DNA of 64,000 nucleotides from Azolla caroliniana (taxonomy: Eukaryota > Plantae > Polypodiophyta): NCBI GenBank assembly GCA_043228905.1, contig JBHGNT010000004.1:22568001-22632000 (forward strand). Direction: 5' to 3'. Every line of letters starts with the position of its first letter. Within the stretch, counting starts at the first letter, position 1. The position numbers and the translations under genes are program-made. The notes under the pieces are model-generated. The model saw nothing but the letters and a program-made list of their open reading frames with translations, had not been told where the DNA came from and made no database searches. Below are positions 39,685-52,600 of the stretch, piece by piece.

Positions 39685-40153
39685 TGTTGTCCGCCAAAAT
39701 AGTAACCGACGGACAAGAGCACAGTAATATAGAATATAGTAATATTGTAACGCATGTAAACGGTTCACGTGGGAAGCGTGAACGGCTAAAAGACCCTGCG
39801 TATATAAAGGGCAGAAAACCTCTGATAGAGGTAGCGTGTAGTTTTGAATGTAAAAGGCGTATCTTAATAGAGTTCTATCATCTCTTATATCTATGCGTAT
39901 CTGTGGTTAATCTATTGTGTGTCTGTGATCCTTGGTGGCGTAGTGCAGTCGTAAGAGCGTAGATGTGAGTAATAGTGTGGTTGCTAGTCCACTATCTAAG
40001 GAGTTCGGTTGTAGCCGTCTCCCTTATACGCTACTAGGTTACGGGAGGTATCCCACTAAGTATTACACTACGATGATACCATTCGTTGCAACACAATCAC
40101 TTTGAGGTCTAGGTCGAAGGACTGATCGTAGACCGTGTTCCTAATCGGTAACA
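39685..40153. mobile_element. Solo LTR, 469 bp, inserted in the Copia RT region
   Basis: TGTTGTC...GGTAACA termini with perfect TSD TAGTT (39680-39684, 40154-40158). It interrupts RT between KIDADSR and QLVGSLIY. Confidence 0.9.
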
Positions 40154-43100
40154 TAGTTCTAGAGTCGGCATCGATCTTTTGAATACGATTGAAGGGGGTT
40201 GTTGTGGGCTTACAAGTTGTCATCCCAAACTTGAAGAGAAGATTGAGGATATAGTGTCTTTGAGAGATCAGGATGCCATCGAGGGTCTGAATTACTTCTA
40301 TTCCTAGAAAGTAATGGAGCTCCTTCATATTGGTCATTTCGAATCAGCCAGACAATAGCCTTTTGGTATGTTCGATGTCCTTGAGGTGCTCTCTTCCAAT
40401 GACCCTACATAAATTATGATGAATAGATGTCCTTTGGAATCGTTCCAAATGAATAGATAATGATCAAACTTGGACATTTTAAAATTGATTTGGTGAAGAT
40501 ACTGGGTTATCTTCGAGTGCCATGCTCTCGGTGCTTGCTTGAGACTATAGAGAGGCTTTTTGAGTCGGCATTTGGATGCGTAATCGACTCAAATCCAGGT
40601 GGTTGCACCATGTAAACCTCCTCGTCTAACTTGCCTTGTAGGAAGGCAATCTTTACATCCATTTGGTGGAGGTACCACCCTTTTGCTGTTGCAAGCGCAA
40701 TCACGATTCGAATGGCAGTCATCTTTGCCACCGGGGCTAAGGTCTGTTCGTAGTCGACCCCGCGTGTCTATGCATACTCTTTTGCCACAAGTCGAGCCCT
40801 ATATCGATGGACGTTGTCGTTGGCATTGTGCTTCACCTTAAATATCCACCAGTAATCGATCGCCTTTTGGTGGGGTGAAGAGGGAACGAGATCCCAGGTC
40901 TTATTTTTGGAGAGCGCTTGCATCTCCACATTCATTGCTTCGACCCATCACAGGTTCTTGGCGGCTTCGGAAAACGTTTCCGGCTCTCGGACTGTCGTCA
41001 CCTTCATCATAAAGGCACAATGATATGCCATGTAGTCATTGTTGCCGAATCGGCTAACTATGTTCTTTTCTTGGGTGGAGGGACACAATGTTTCATTAGT
41101 CTTTGTGTGCACTTTCTCGGCTCTTGGTATGACCGACAAATCTAAACCACTAAACTCACTAACGGGTGAATGTTCCAATTCGATTCCTACTGAGTCTTCG
41201 TACTCAGGCATTTTGGTCTTCCCTTTGTCCATCTTTGGACTCGGCCATGACGTGCTTTGGTCACTTGGGGGCTCCTGTGGTCCACTCAACTTGGTTGAGA
41301 CTAAACTCTCTACTGATGTGAGCCTTAGTCATTGTCCTGTTGCAAGTCTATATTGAAATCGGTTTTGATTGGATGATCGGATGGAGCCGAGTAGACTGAG
41401 TACCAGGATGCCGATTCGTCGAATACAACATCCCTACTCACTCGTACCTTTTTGGTAGATGGGTTGAAGCACTTGTACCCCTTTTGTTCGAGTGAGTACC
41501 CCACAAGGGTACACTTCTCCAATTTTGGATTGAGCTTTTGCGGCTTTTAATCGGGAATATGTACAAATGAGATCGAGCCGAATATCCTGACGTGGGATAA
41601 GTTTGGTTTCTTTCCATAGAACTTTTCGTGGGGGTTGATATTGTGCACTCAGGATATTGTGCACCGTTTCATTAGATAGATGGTTGTGTTTGCCACTCCA
41701 GCCTAGTATGATTTCGGCAGGTTATTTTCGTTCATCATTGCTCTAGCCACCTCCAATATATTACGAATTTTACGTTTGGCAACTCCATTTTTTTTATGTG
41801 TGTGTCGCCAACAAATTCCCGTCGAATTCCTTCTTGTCGAAGGTATGTTGTGAAGCCATTAGAGAAATACTCCTTGCCACTGTCTGATCGAAGGCATCAA
41901 ACATGCCGATCGGTTGCCTTTTCGACTTCATTCTTAAACTTTTGGAAGTGTTCAAACACTTTGCTCTTTTGTTGCATAGGGTAAATCCAGGTATGCTTGC
42001 ACAAGTCATCGATGAATATCGACAACCACCGAATGTTGTTGTTTGGGCCGGCCCCCATACATCTAAATGTACTACATCCAGGGTCCTTTTGATAACGTTC
42101 CTCTCTTTTAGGAACGGTTGTCGATGTTGTTTGCCGAATTGGCAGGCTTCGCATACACTTGCCATCTCCTTTTAGGTAAAAGTTGGGAGTCCGATGACGA
42201 CTCCTTTCAACTACATCCATTTAAGCTTTTGGGGATTGATGTGGCCGATTCGTTTGTGCCACAGCTCTATGTCCGTGTTGGCTTTCCGGTCCTTGGCATA
42301 CATTGTTGATTTCATCTCGTGAGAGTTGAGGATGAACATTTGTCCCTTGCTGAGTAGTCGGTGTGTGTTTGGGTTGGTTGCGTTTCTTGTGCTCCTTCGA
42401 TATAGCCCTAATAGCCTTGGCCGACAAGGTATTAGTGCATCTTGTATTCCCAAGGTGCAAAATTGTTTCTATCGAGTTTCTCGGTAGGAAGAGCGCTTCC
42501 CATCTCAGTATTCATCTTGAGTCTTCTTCTTCTTCTCTGTGATACAAATTGTTTAGGTTGTTGTTACAATGATCGGTCGGTTCTTCGTGAACGTAGGCTT
42601 AGACACAACACACACAGATAAGCTTGGATCATGCTACCAATTTCTCTGATACCATGTAAATAAACGAAAGTGATTATGTGCAATGGAAATTATATGTGTG
42701 TGTGAGAAGGAGAGAAATAGAGAGAGCTCGACATATATAGAAAACGCAAGGAGCATAATACAAGAATAACCAATAGCAGTTACAAGGGAGGTGAAAGAGC
42801 ACTTATATAGTCACCTTCCCACTATTCTCTTTCTACAACCACCACTTAACTAAAGATAGGTGGATTCTTAACTATATTGAATATGTGTCATAGAACTATA
42901 AGTTTCTATGACACCCTAGTTACTATAGTAGGTGGTGGGGTGTTCACACACTAGGGTGTGTTCCCATAGTAGGGAAGTTGAGTTTGATTCTCAACATGTC
43001 ATGTTGCTAAATGCATTTGGATTGTTAAGACTCTACTTGGGGTATTGTTAACATGGAGAAGTTTGTCATCCACTTTAGATACTTGGGTATAAAGTTACAC

Positions 43101-43945
43101 TATGAGTAGTGGTTTTTTGTTTGATGGTCTACATGAAGCACGACTACAAGCATGTAGATTGAGAGGATGATTGTACTCTCCTTGTGTAAGTGGAGATGGG
43201 TGAAACATATGAGTTGAAGGTGAGGTAGATGAAGGAATTCAATTTAAATATGGATTATCACTAATTGTAGAGGTAGAATTCGTATCACCATTAATGCGAG
43301 GTGCATGTTTAATAATATCTATGATATGAAAGGAAAATTTGCCACATTTGTCGTCTATTACAAATGAGACTTTCTAAATGCAAGGACCACCTTGCTTTTA
43401 TCCTCATACTTTATGATGACTCTTCAAATAGTGCTTAAAGGTGTAGTATTTTCAAGCCCACTTTAAAAGGAAAAGCAAAAAAGTATTTGAAAAAACAAAA
43501 CCCAGTTTCTATCTCCTAATCTAGATGTGCCTTCCGAAAGACGAGTAGGTTTTGTTTTTAATCAGATCGACACAAATCTTCTCATCTTTTTCTTTGTCGT
43601 GGCATGGAAGGAGCCAAAAGGTAGAGAGAGGGTTGAAGACGTGATTGAAGACGAGAAAGAAGAGTTACAAAGGGGGGAAAAAACATCCCCACACAAACAA
43701 GCCCTTAGAAGAGAGAAAATGTCTTCTTTGCTCCTTCTTTTCCATGTTTGCCCAATCTAGTTTTGAGAACGTGAGACTTCCTGATCTATTGGAACAAGAG
43801 CGATTTCTTTCTATGTCCGCCTTGCCACTACCGTTGGCGGTACCACAGATCATGTACATAATCTGGAGAACACGAGTGACTTCCCCCGATCTCTATCTTT
43901 TGTTTTTTCTTCTTCGTAAATGTAGGTTTGTTATTAAAACAAGAT

Positions 43946-44230
43946 GATAATACAACCCTTGCTATCGATCTATCTACCTATCTATCTACATACCTTGTCC
44001 CCCTATCTATCAATGGAATTGATCGGAACAAACAAGAGTGACAAGGATTTCCAAAGAAACAAACAAGAGGATAATACAACCCTTGCTATCGATCTATCTA
44101 CCTGTCTATCTATCTATCGGACATATCTTTTCCCCCTATCTATCTATCTATCTATCTATGGAATTGATCGGAACGAACAAGAGCGATCGGAACGAACAAG
44201 AGTGACAAGGATTTCCAAAGAAACAAAAAC
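43946..44230. repeat. Tandem duplication with (TCTA)n tracts upstream of the RING gene
   Basis: gataatacaacccttgctatcgatctatctacc...gagtgacaaggatttccaaagaaacaaa starts at ~43946 and ~44070. Confidence 0.85.
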
Positions 44231-44711
44231 CCAATAGCATAGGAAAAATGTGTTCTATAAGTTTTGGTAGAGAAAAAACTCATAGAAGACAATTGTTTTT
44301 TTTTTTGTTTCTTCTTTGTTTGAGGCTGATTGGGAATGGCGAGGGTTCGAGTCTCCTTCCCTTCCATTCTCTGCTGACCTTCTCTTCATCGAGGAAGGGA
44401 GGGAGGAGCCTAAGCCCCCCTCCCCTTCCTTCCTTCTCTCTGCTCCATCGCCTTCCTTCTCTCTGCTCATAAAAAATACCCTTTTCCCGCGTTCTGGGTC
44501 TAGACCTTCCTTCCTTCCTTCCTTCTGAATCAGGCAGACAGCGACGATCTTGGCAGATACACAATCGTAAAGTAAACTGCAGTTTGTCTTCTTTTTTTCC
44601 GCCCTCTGGATCTGGAAAAAGAATCTTTGACCACTCATTTCCTTCGATTGATCTTTCACGGGACAACAAAAAAACGGGGGCTCTGGGGGGGTGTAAGGAG
44701 AAGGAAAAGCT

Positions 44712-44836
44712 ATGGCTACCCACAAACTAGGGTTTCTGCAAACTCTAGCTTCTTGCTCTGTGTGCTTGGAATCTGTTTCTGATGCAAATGAACGCTCCAT
44801 TGCAAAGCTCATTTGTGGACACTTCTTTCATCTCGG

Positions 44837-44926
<90 letters not shown>

Positions 44927-47700
44927 TGTATGTATCTGTACTCTGTTCTTTGAAGTGATGAAGGTCATTTGTATTCTCAAACTTTGAATCTCGAAAAATG
45001 CCTTTCTGGAACTCAGAAATGCCATGTTAGAATGTTTTTCTTTTGAGGGCATGAATATTATTTAGAGTGCTTTCATTTGAACTCGCGAATATCATTTAGA
45101 ATGTTCACTTTGAAGTGATTAACGTTGTAGGATGTTTTGTTTTGGGATACCGATGGTCATTTACAATGTTTTTCTAGAAGTGATGAAAGCCAATGTTGCA
45201 TTGTAAAGGCACATTGTGCCCTATGGAGAACTATGAAGTACAGTAACCTCCACACTTTTAATAGGGCAAAGACGAAGATTCATGATTGGTAGAGATGAAA
45301 GACGAAGAAGACAAGACTTTTAATAGTGTCTATGCTCAAGGTTAGTACACGCATACGTATATGTGTGTAGGGAAGAGAAACCTACAATTAAACAGAGGCC
45401 AATATGATCAGTTTCGGCTGAAGTTTTAACATGAAAAAGTGAAAGGGAGAAACCCTCTTCTGTTTGGCTCAGTGTTGGATGAATGTTTGAGAAAATCATG
45501 TTTATTTATGTAAAATTATTTGCATGTAGTGTGGAAGGTAGCTTACTGAAATTTTAAGGCGTAATGTATGATCTTAATTGATTTTCGATGATGGAAATGT
45601 TGGGATTTTACGAAGGGTCATTTTGACATTTTTGAGCAGATAATCCACCATAATATGATGTATAATTGAGTTTCAAACTGATCAAATAACATGACTTGAG
45701 GAAAAGACAGCATGCAGAAATACTTCAAACCAGGAGATTTTTAAGATGCTTCCTTGTACTTTGATGCATCTAATCATGTGTGAACTGCTTTGTGTAGATG
45801 TCTTCCTTTCTTCACTGATTATCTAGTCTAAGTTTGGGAAGTGTATTATTGGAATGATTAATAACCTGTCTAGTTCTTCCTTAGGTTTAGAGAATTTTGC
45901 CACTTCTTCAATTATACATCGTGTTAAGAATGATTATATGCTCTAGGATAAGCCATTATTCATACTCAATTATGTGTCGTATGTGCGTACTCAGGATCCT
46001 CATTTTTGAAGTAGCGAAGATGTTTTTGACAGGCTAGAGTATGATGTCTATGTCCTCAATTTTTCTTTTGGGCATGCCATGATTTTCTTATTTATTAAAT
46101 AATGAAGAATTTTGGACACCACGTGCTTATAGTTAATATTATCTGATATTCTTCTCAGACTGCATAGGTTCTGCATTTAATGCAAAGGGATCAATGCAGT
46201 GCCCGAATTGCCGACATATTGAAAATGGTCAATGGTTGTATGCAAATGGGTGTAGACAGCGTGATGAATTAATATTAGAGGACATTATCAACGAAGAAGA
46301 ATATGATGTGTTTGCTGAAGTGTCAGAGATACGGTATCCACATGATTTAATGGTGAGTATTAGAACGAACTTATTCTCATGTCTTGTCAAAGGTAGTGGG
46401 CTTAGTGTGCTTTTTATGTCGTTTAAAGTGGGCATGTTGTTTAAGCTACAGCAGCTTTCTGGTGAATGGTGTCCATACCAAGGTTCATATGCACAACTTT
46501 CTTTATCTTTCGGGTGATTACACACTTCAAACTTAACTCCTGGCAGTTTTTGTTTAGTTCGCCACCAGCTGATTGATACCTCTTTATGTTATATTTATCA
46601 GGGGTATAGACAGTAGTACTCCAGCTACATGTGAGTAATGAATGGACGATGCACAACCGCCCACTATGTCTTTGCAAAGAGCTCTATACTGTTCTTTTTT
46701 GTTTTCTCATCATTGTTCGTTTCAAATCTTGATGTGTGCAGATGGAGGTTTGCTAGTGGCTTTGGTAGATGAACATAGTGGAGAGATAGAACCAGGCCCA
46801 TTTCTCCAAGGTCACCGAGGTACACACTTACAAGAAGAGGGTGTACAAATGCAAGAGATGCCAAATCAGCATGCATATCGTGGGGTACCTGGGCAAAATA
46901 ATTCTTCTAGGTCCCGCCGAACTTCAAATACGTTAGCACCCATCAGAGCGAGGTGGTCTAGGTCTGATCATCAAAACATGGGGCCTGATCCTCTCCAACA
47001 GACCCATAGGAACAACAGGTATTTAACTGAACACATTTTTTGTTTATTAACATGCTAAAACAAGGCAGTGTTTCAAAAACATGCTGTATTCTCTATATAA
47101 CAGTATGTATAAGAAGTTTTTTTTTCTTTTATTTATAATGTTTCTGTAATTGCCAAGCGTAAACAAGGCATTACCAGAAAGGATCTATTGTTCATCTATA
47201 TTGATATCTCACAATATGCACAGTGGGGCATCATCATTTAGTTGTTTGTTTTTGCTACCAGGGGAGAAAGGACTTTAGCACCACCTCAACCTCCAATAGC
47301 AAGGCAAGCACCTATAGCAAGACAACAAGCACCGATAACACTACAATCGGCACATTATTCGGAGAGGCAATTGGTATCAGGAGCAATGAGGGGGGGGAGT
47401 ACATCTGCAGTATATAATGCATCAAGGGAAGCTGAACCAAGTTTTTCTCAGCCTGCAGCTGCTCCTTGGAGACAAGAGGCGTCATCATTCGGTTTAACCA
47501 TGCCATACCCCACAGAACCTGAAGTTCAGAGGTGGGTTCCACCCCCATTATCAGGTTTGTATGGCTTGCATGGTCTTCCTAACTCTACGATATCATCGAC
47601 ACACAGTTCATATAGAGCTCCATTTCAACCTTTTGAGCCTTTCACTGATGATTCTGATGTTGGCGTATTTCAACATCCATTTGATAATAACTCGAGATAA
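44712..47700 (+). CDS. RING-H2 E3 ubiquitin ligase, RFI2/IPI1-like
   Basis: Exons 44712-44835 and 46159-46352 give CSVCLESV..ERSIAKLICGHFFHLDCIGSAFNAKGSMQCPNCRHIENGQWLYANG, the RFI2-family signature. Probable later exons are at ~46451-46513, ~46601-46630, ~46742-47018 and ~47262-47700. Confidence 0.9.
44838..44923. repeat. Compound (TC)n(TA)n microsatellite at the start of RING gene intron 1
   Basis: About 52 bp of TC followed directly by about 32 bp of TA. Confidence 0.95.
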
Positions 47701-48577
47701 GATTGGAATGAGTTTTTGCTTTTCCATTCTCATTGGGAATATTTTTCTTTTGATGTTGAAGCATTTTTTCTAAGGTAACATTTGTGGTTTCAAAAGTTTG
47801 TCGTTTTTCACTTTCAAAAAAAAGTCTGCTCATTCAAAGTAAATCTGATAATAAGCTACAATGGTGACGTTCATTGACAGGATATAAAGAACCATTTAAT
47901 GGTCGCTATGTATGTAATTCTCTCTTTATATGTACATGTTTCTTGATTTGCTAAATATGCTTTCCTACTGTTATGATGAAGTCTTATTTAAACCTTCTGA
48001 AATCCAGTACACAAAAAAATAAATCTTTCAAGGTATTTTCTCATGAGATATCCACCACTTAATAAGCAATGACATGGGGGCACAGGGGAGAGTAATATGA
48101 CAAGTTGCAATTGTTATAAGTATTTTGATGTAGTCATTGCTTATAACAAAGATATTATCTACTTATATACCATTTTCCTTGAGGTTGAAGTACATGAATT
48201 GATGGTTGACATATACATATACAAGTTTCATAATAAATAGCTAAAATAATAAAGAACTAAGATAGCAAGGAGTTGGGCAAAGTTGCATTTAAATATTATC
48301 TACATGTTAAAGAACCCCAAAGCTTTAACACATTTGCAGGTCTCTCGAAAACATTACATCTGATATAATAGTGATAAAGATTACCACATGATACAAAAAA
48401 CAATTGCTTTTCATTATATGCATTTAAATAAAGGGAAAATATTATATAAAATAGTGACACTGTTTGAAATCATGGCTTTTACTTAACAATAAAGTATACA
48501 CAAACACTATGGCAGGATCGAACAATGTTGCATGATGTTCTCATTGCACACATTGCTCATAGATTCTTCCTTGATGC

Positions 48578-50563
48578 TCAGCTTATAACAAGCTCTACAT
48601 CTGCTGATTTTTTAGAACTTGTGCTTTTGCACCATTCTCTATAATCTCGAACAAGTCCTGCCAGTAAGGCTGCTTCCATGGCCCCCAATATTCGATCCAA
48701 TATCCCATCACCCATTGGAGCAAGAATTGATTGTGGCATCATGGAGAATGGAAAGGGCATATCCACTTTGAGACCCATGTCAACAAACCCTTGAAATTTC
48801 TTTATTTGAGAGGTAGATGTGTCAGACTCTGCAATAGCAAGCTGGCCCAATAGGAAAAAATCGAAGTCGAGATTTTTGAATTCATCGGGAAAGCCTTTGA
48901 AGTCAAGTACAAGTTTATTGGAGCTTAATTTGAGTGCTTTATTTTCACTGAGAACCCTGTCAATGGAGACAGGCATGATCAGTACTACCTTCTTCAATGT
49001 TTGAATATCTATCTATTTTATGAGAACAGAAGTATGAGCAATTGTTGTAACAATTATATGTACCATATGAACTTATATATCATTTAGAAGGCAGTAATAC
49101 ATGACAGTCATTACTCTGTTTCATAAATTACACGCAAGATATTGAAAATCAAATGCATTTCAGCTGATGCAAAACACTGCTTCTGTAAAGAACAATCTAC
49201 CAGACAACAGCTATATTAGATCATTTAATATAATTTGGATTGAATCAGAATTGCGTTTTCTAAGTAAATCGATGCCAATACTTGGCAACATATTCAGACC
49301 ATTGTTAATTTGAAGTAAAACCATGTGTTTCTGAGGAAAATTTTACATCCAAACCCCAGTTTGGATGTGAAATTTTCTATTTATATTCATGTTTGGTGTC
49401 TCTGTGACCCAGTACGCATTTCTGTAAATTCTTTGTTTAAATTACTCCTTTTTCTTTGTCCTTGAGACATGAGAGCACAATATTTATATGCCTGAGAAAA
49501 TTTTCTATACATTCATTCATTCCTTGGTATGAACCAACTTATTGTGCTTGAAGCAAAACTACATGTTTGTATGCAGAATTTTCACATTGAAACCTCAGAC
49601 AATGAGACAACACATCAGGCATTTATTCTATCTAACCCCCAAAAAATGCAATTAGTTTATATTTATGATGGAACCATAGCATTGACACTATATCCATGCC
49701 TGAGGGAATTTCTGCTCATCCATTAATTGGTACAAAGCCAACCACATGTGTGTCAATGGAGGTTTTCATAGAAAAATGGATCAAACCGCTTGCGTTTCTA
49801 TGTAAATTCATATCAAAACCTTCAGTATTACATGTAAATTCATATCAAAACCTTCAGTATTACGTGACATGTCCATGTGCCTGAGGGAAGTCTCAATACA
49901 TTCATTTGCAGATACATTCATGGCACACACCAAACCATGTGCGATTTCTCAAGGATCAAGCTACTCATGTCTCTATACGGATTCACATCAAAGTCTCAGT
50001 TTGTCAGCGTATATCCTCATGCCAAGGTAAGAACTCCCTATACACGATTTAACTGAGATATTCACACCAAGAGGATCTAAACCACAAACTGGAATTTGCT
50101 GAAACGTGCGTCGATATAAATCCACATCAACAGAAAAAGGATCAAAGTAGATGCGATTATGTAGATTCCCGTCAAAAAAACATCTCATCATTGTTTTTCC
50201 GGGAACATTTGCGAGCGGGGGGGGGGGGGGGGGGGAAGCGTACCTCAAGTCGCAGAGGGGGGTTGCAGATATATGGAAGAAGCGGACGGGCTTGAGGGTG
50301 GCTCGCCATGTGGAGTCGCCAAGGAATCGGAGGCGAGCGGAGTCAGGGAAGGTGACCTTGACGACGCGGTCGACCTGCTCAACGTACTCCTCGGGAGGAT
50401 GGGAGCCACGGCGGAATGGAAGGCTCACCTCTCTCCTCGACTTGAACGTTACAGAGGATTGAGCGGAGAAGACCAGAGCCGCAGAAGCAGAAGCAGAAGC
50501 AGAAACAGAAACGGAAACAGAAGGAGGAGGAGGCGATGATGACAAGCAGCTGCAAGCTTCCAT
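48578..50563 (-). CDS. DUF1997-family protein, probably plastid-targeted, ~232 aa
   Basis: Exons 50563-50244 and 48956-48578 (699 nt, in phase). A Ser/Ala-rich transit-like N-terminus is followed by EEYVEQVDRVVKVTFPDSARLRFLGDSTWRATLKPVRFF..PLCDLR and VDMPFPFSMMPQSILAPMGDGILDRIL..LVRDYREW. Confidence 0.82.
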
Positions 50564-52277
50564 GGCTTCTTCGGATCGATGGCTTCTCTCTGTTTCACAC
50601 ACAGACGGACACACTTGCTTTTTTTGTTTTTTCCATTACATACATATATTCTCTTGGGCTTCTCGGAGTGTCTTGTGTTTATGTGGGTCGGTGTCTCGTG
50701 TCTTGCAAGCCCCATCCATCCATAATCAGAGAGTTAGTATGTATTTCTCATTCTTCTTTAGCCATAGATGATAGTCATCCACGAGACTTAATGGAGCAAT
50801 GATACAAAAGATTAGTAGTCACTTGTAAAAACGGCGCCTGACCCCATAAACACTAATCATTCCACTGTTGGTCTTCTGTTTGTAAAGGTAAAAGACCTTG
50901 CTGCCATAGAATATTTTGTAGTTGCTGCCATATAAATCCATAATTAGGCGAGATGCGTAATAATTGTCTAACATCAGAATTCTTTGAGATGGAGCCTCAA
51001 CTATATCACCCACCTCTTTTACCCTCGAGCGAAACAAACTATCAAATTGAGAGCGCAATCTCTCCTTTCCAAACCAACATCGTAACCAAGAAGACACAAG
51101 TAAAGAGATGTGAAGAATTACAATGCTCCCTACTATATTCTCTCTCCCCCATCCCTCGCTCTCTCATGAAAACACACAATCACCCTCTATTCTCTTCGTG
51201 AATTTATTGGTAAGTGCTTAACTCTAAGCCAAACACACACAAGAAGACTAGTGTTTGGCTTCAAAAACAGTAACATTCTCGAGGCCAAACAATTAAAGCA
51301 CATATAAAATATTGTCATCATTTAGATCAAACCTTTTCTGGGGTTTTAGGCATAAAGATTTGGTTATTTGGAGATAATGAATGATCCATTAAAAAAACTA
51401 ATAGTTTTATTTCTCATAAGGACTATATGATCGGATTTATGCTATTTTTTTTGGATCAACTACAAGGAATGACAATTCAAATGCTTAGACTATTTATAAT
51501 GTTCACGATCTTTTCGTTTGTATCTTTAAAATGCTAGGCGTGAATGAGTTTGCATCAAAATCATTACTATCCCCAACAATTTATCATCAACAAACAATAG
51601 TTTCATTTTGTGGATCATCCCCTCCACACTTGTATGTAAAGGGGAATAAGGGGTCCACCAATTCAAAATGTAATCTACAAAGAATACAATATTCAATTCC
51701 TTGTCAATATTCTCTCCCTACTCTTCACTTATAAAAGGCTCGAACATAATAGCCTTAAGTTTTAACAATCTAAACTCAAGGATCATTCACATACTCTTAC
51801 TCCTCAAATACCACACTTCTCATCATGGTATAGATTGAACCTTTGATTTCCATGAAGGACAAGCTCAACCCCATATTGGATATGTTCAGGAATAATAATT
51901 ATTAACACCATAACCTAGTGTTCTTTTGCATACTCTTGCTCTCAATGAAGGACAAGCTCAAGCTTGTACAACAAAGCCATGACGGTAAGATTGATCTAAG
52001 AGAAACACGACTTCATCGTGTCTGCATATATCATTGCGATGAAAAACAAGTATTTGTAACTCTCACGTTGACATATAATGATAATGATTATATGGGTATG
52101 CTTACACAAATAAAAAAGTGTGTGATAATGCAACTTTAATATTTGATTTGTTCACAAGTGCCAAAGGCATATCTCTGGCAAACAATATTTTGAAAGTTCT
52201 TAAACCTCTGTATGAATATGCAACAAAATACTATTTTGCATGATAAGAATAATTTAGGAAAGAAACGTTAAAATATT

Positions 52278-52600
52278 TACAAGTTGGTAGATGTATTGAT
52301 GGCAATGAAATTCTTGCCTAAGTCAAGGGCATGAGTTCAAACGCAAGTTTGTATGTTTGTTCATTTTGTCTAAATTAATTACTATTAGGTTGTTATTTGA
52401 TGATGGAATATGTTATTGCTTTTCATGACTCAACTACAAGTTGGTAGATGTATTGATGGCAATGAAATGCTTGCCTAAGTCAAGGGCATGAATTCAAATG
52501 GAGGTTTGTATGTTTGTTCATTTAGATGTTCATTTTTGCTAAATTAATTACTATAGGTTGTTATTTGATAGTGAAATATCTTATTGGTTTCCATTTACAA
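52278..52600. repeat. Tandem duplication, ~158-bp unit
   Basis: tacaagttggtagatgtattgatggcaatgaaat...gcctaagtcaagggcatga occurs at ~52278 and ~52435. Confidence 0.88.

Larger units (their letters stand above)
33727..42996 (-). mobile_element. Defective Ty1/Copia LTR retrotransposon with nested insertions
   Basis: 5' LTR at 42996-42655, followed on the minus strand by a tRNA-Met PBS TGGTATCAGAG (42654-42644). Broken integrase (LWHKRIGH, CEACQFGKQHR, VHLDVWGP), RT (LHQMDVKIAFLQG, YFLGIEV) and RNase H (KHIDVHYHFI) occur in Copia order. PPT at ~38890-38876. The 3' LTR is split into 38875-38846 and 34060-33727. gag/protease are largely missing. Confidence 0.92.

Noticed and set aside
44248-44812. 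Minus-strand 185-aa and 147-aa ORFs overlapping the RING gene start
   Set aside because: These are antisense frames of a CT-rich 5' UTR with low-complexity translations.
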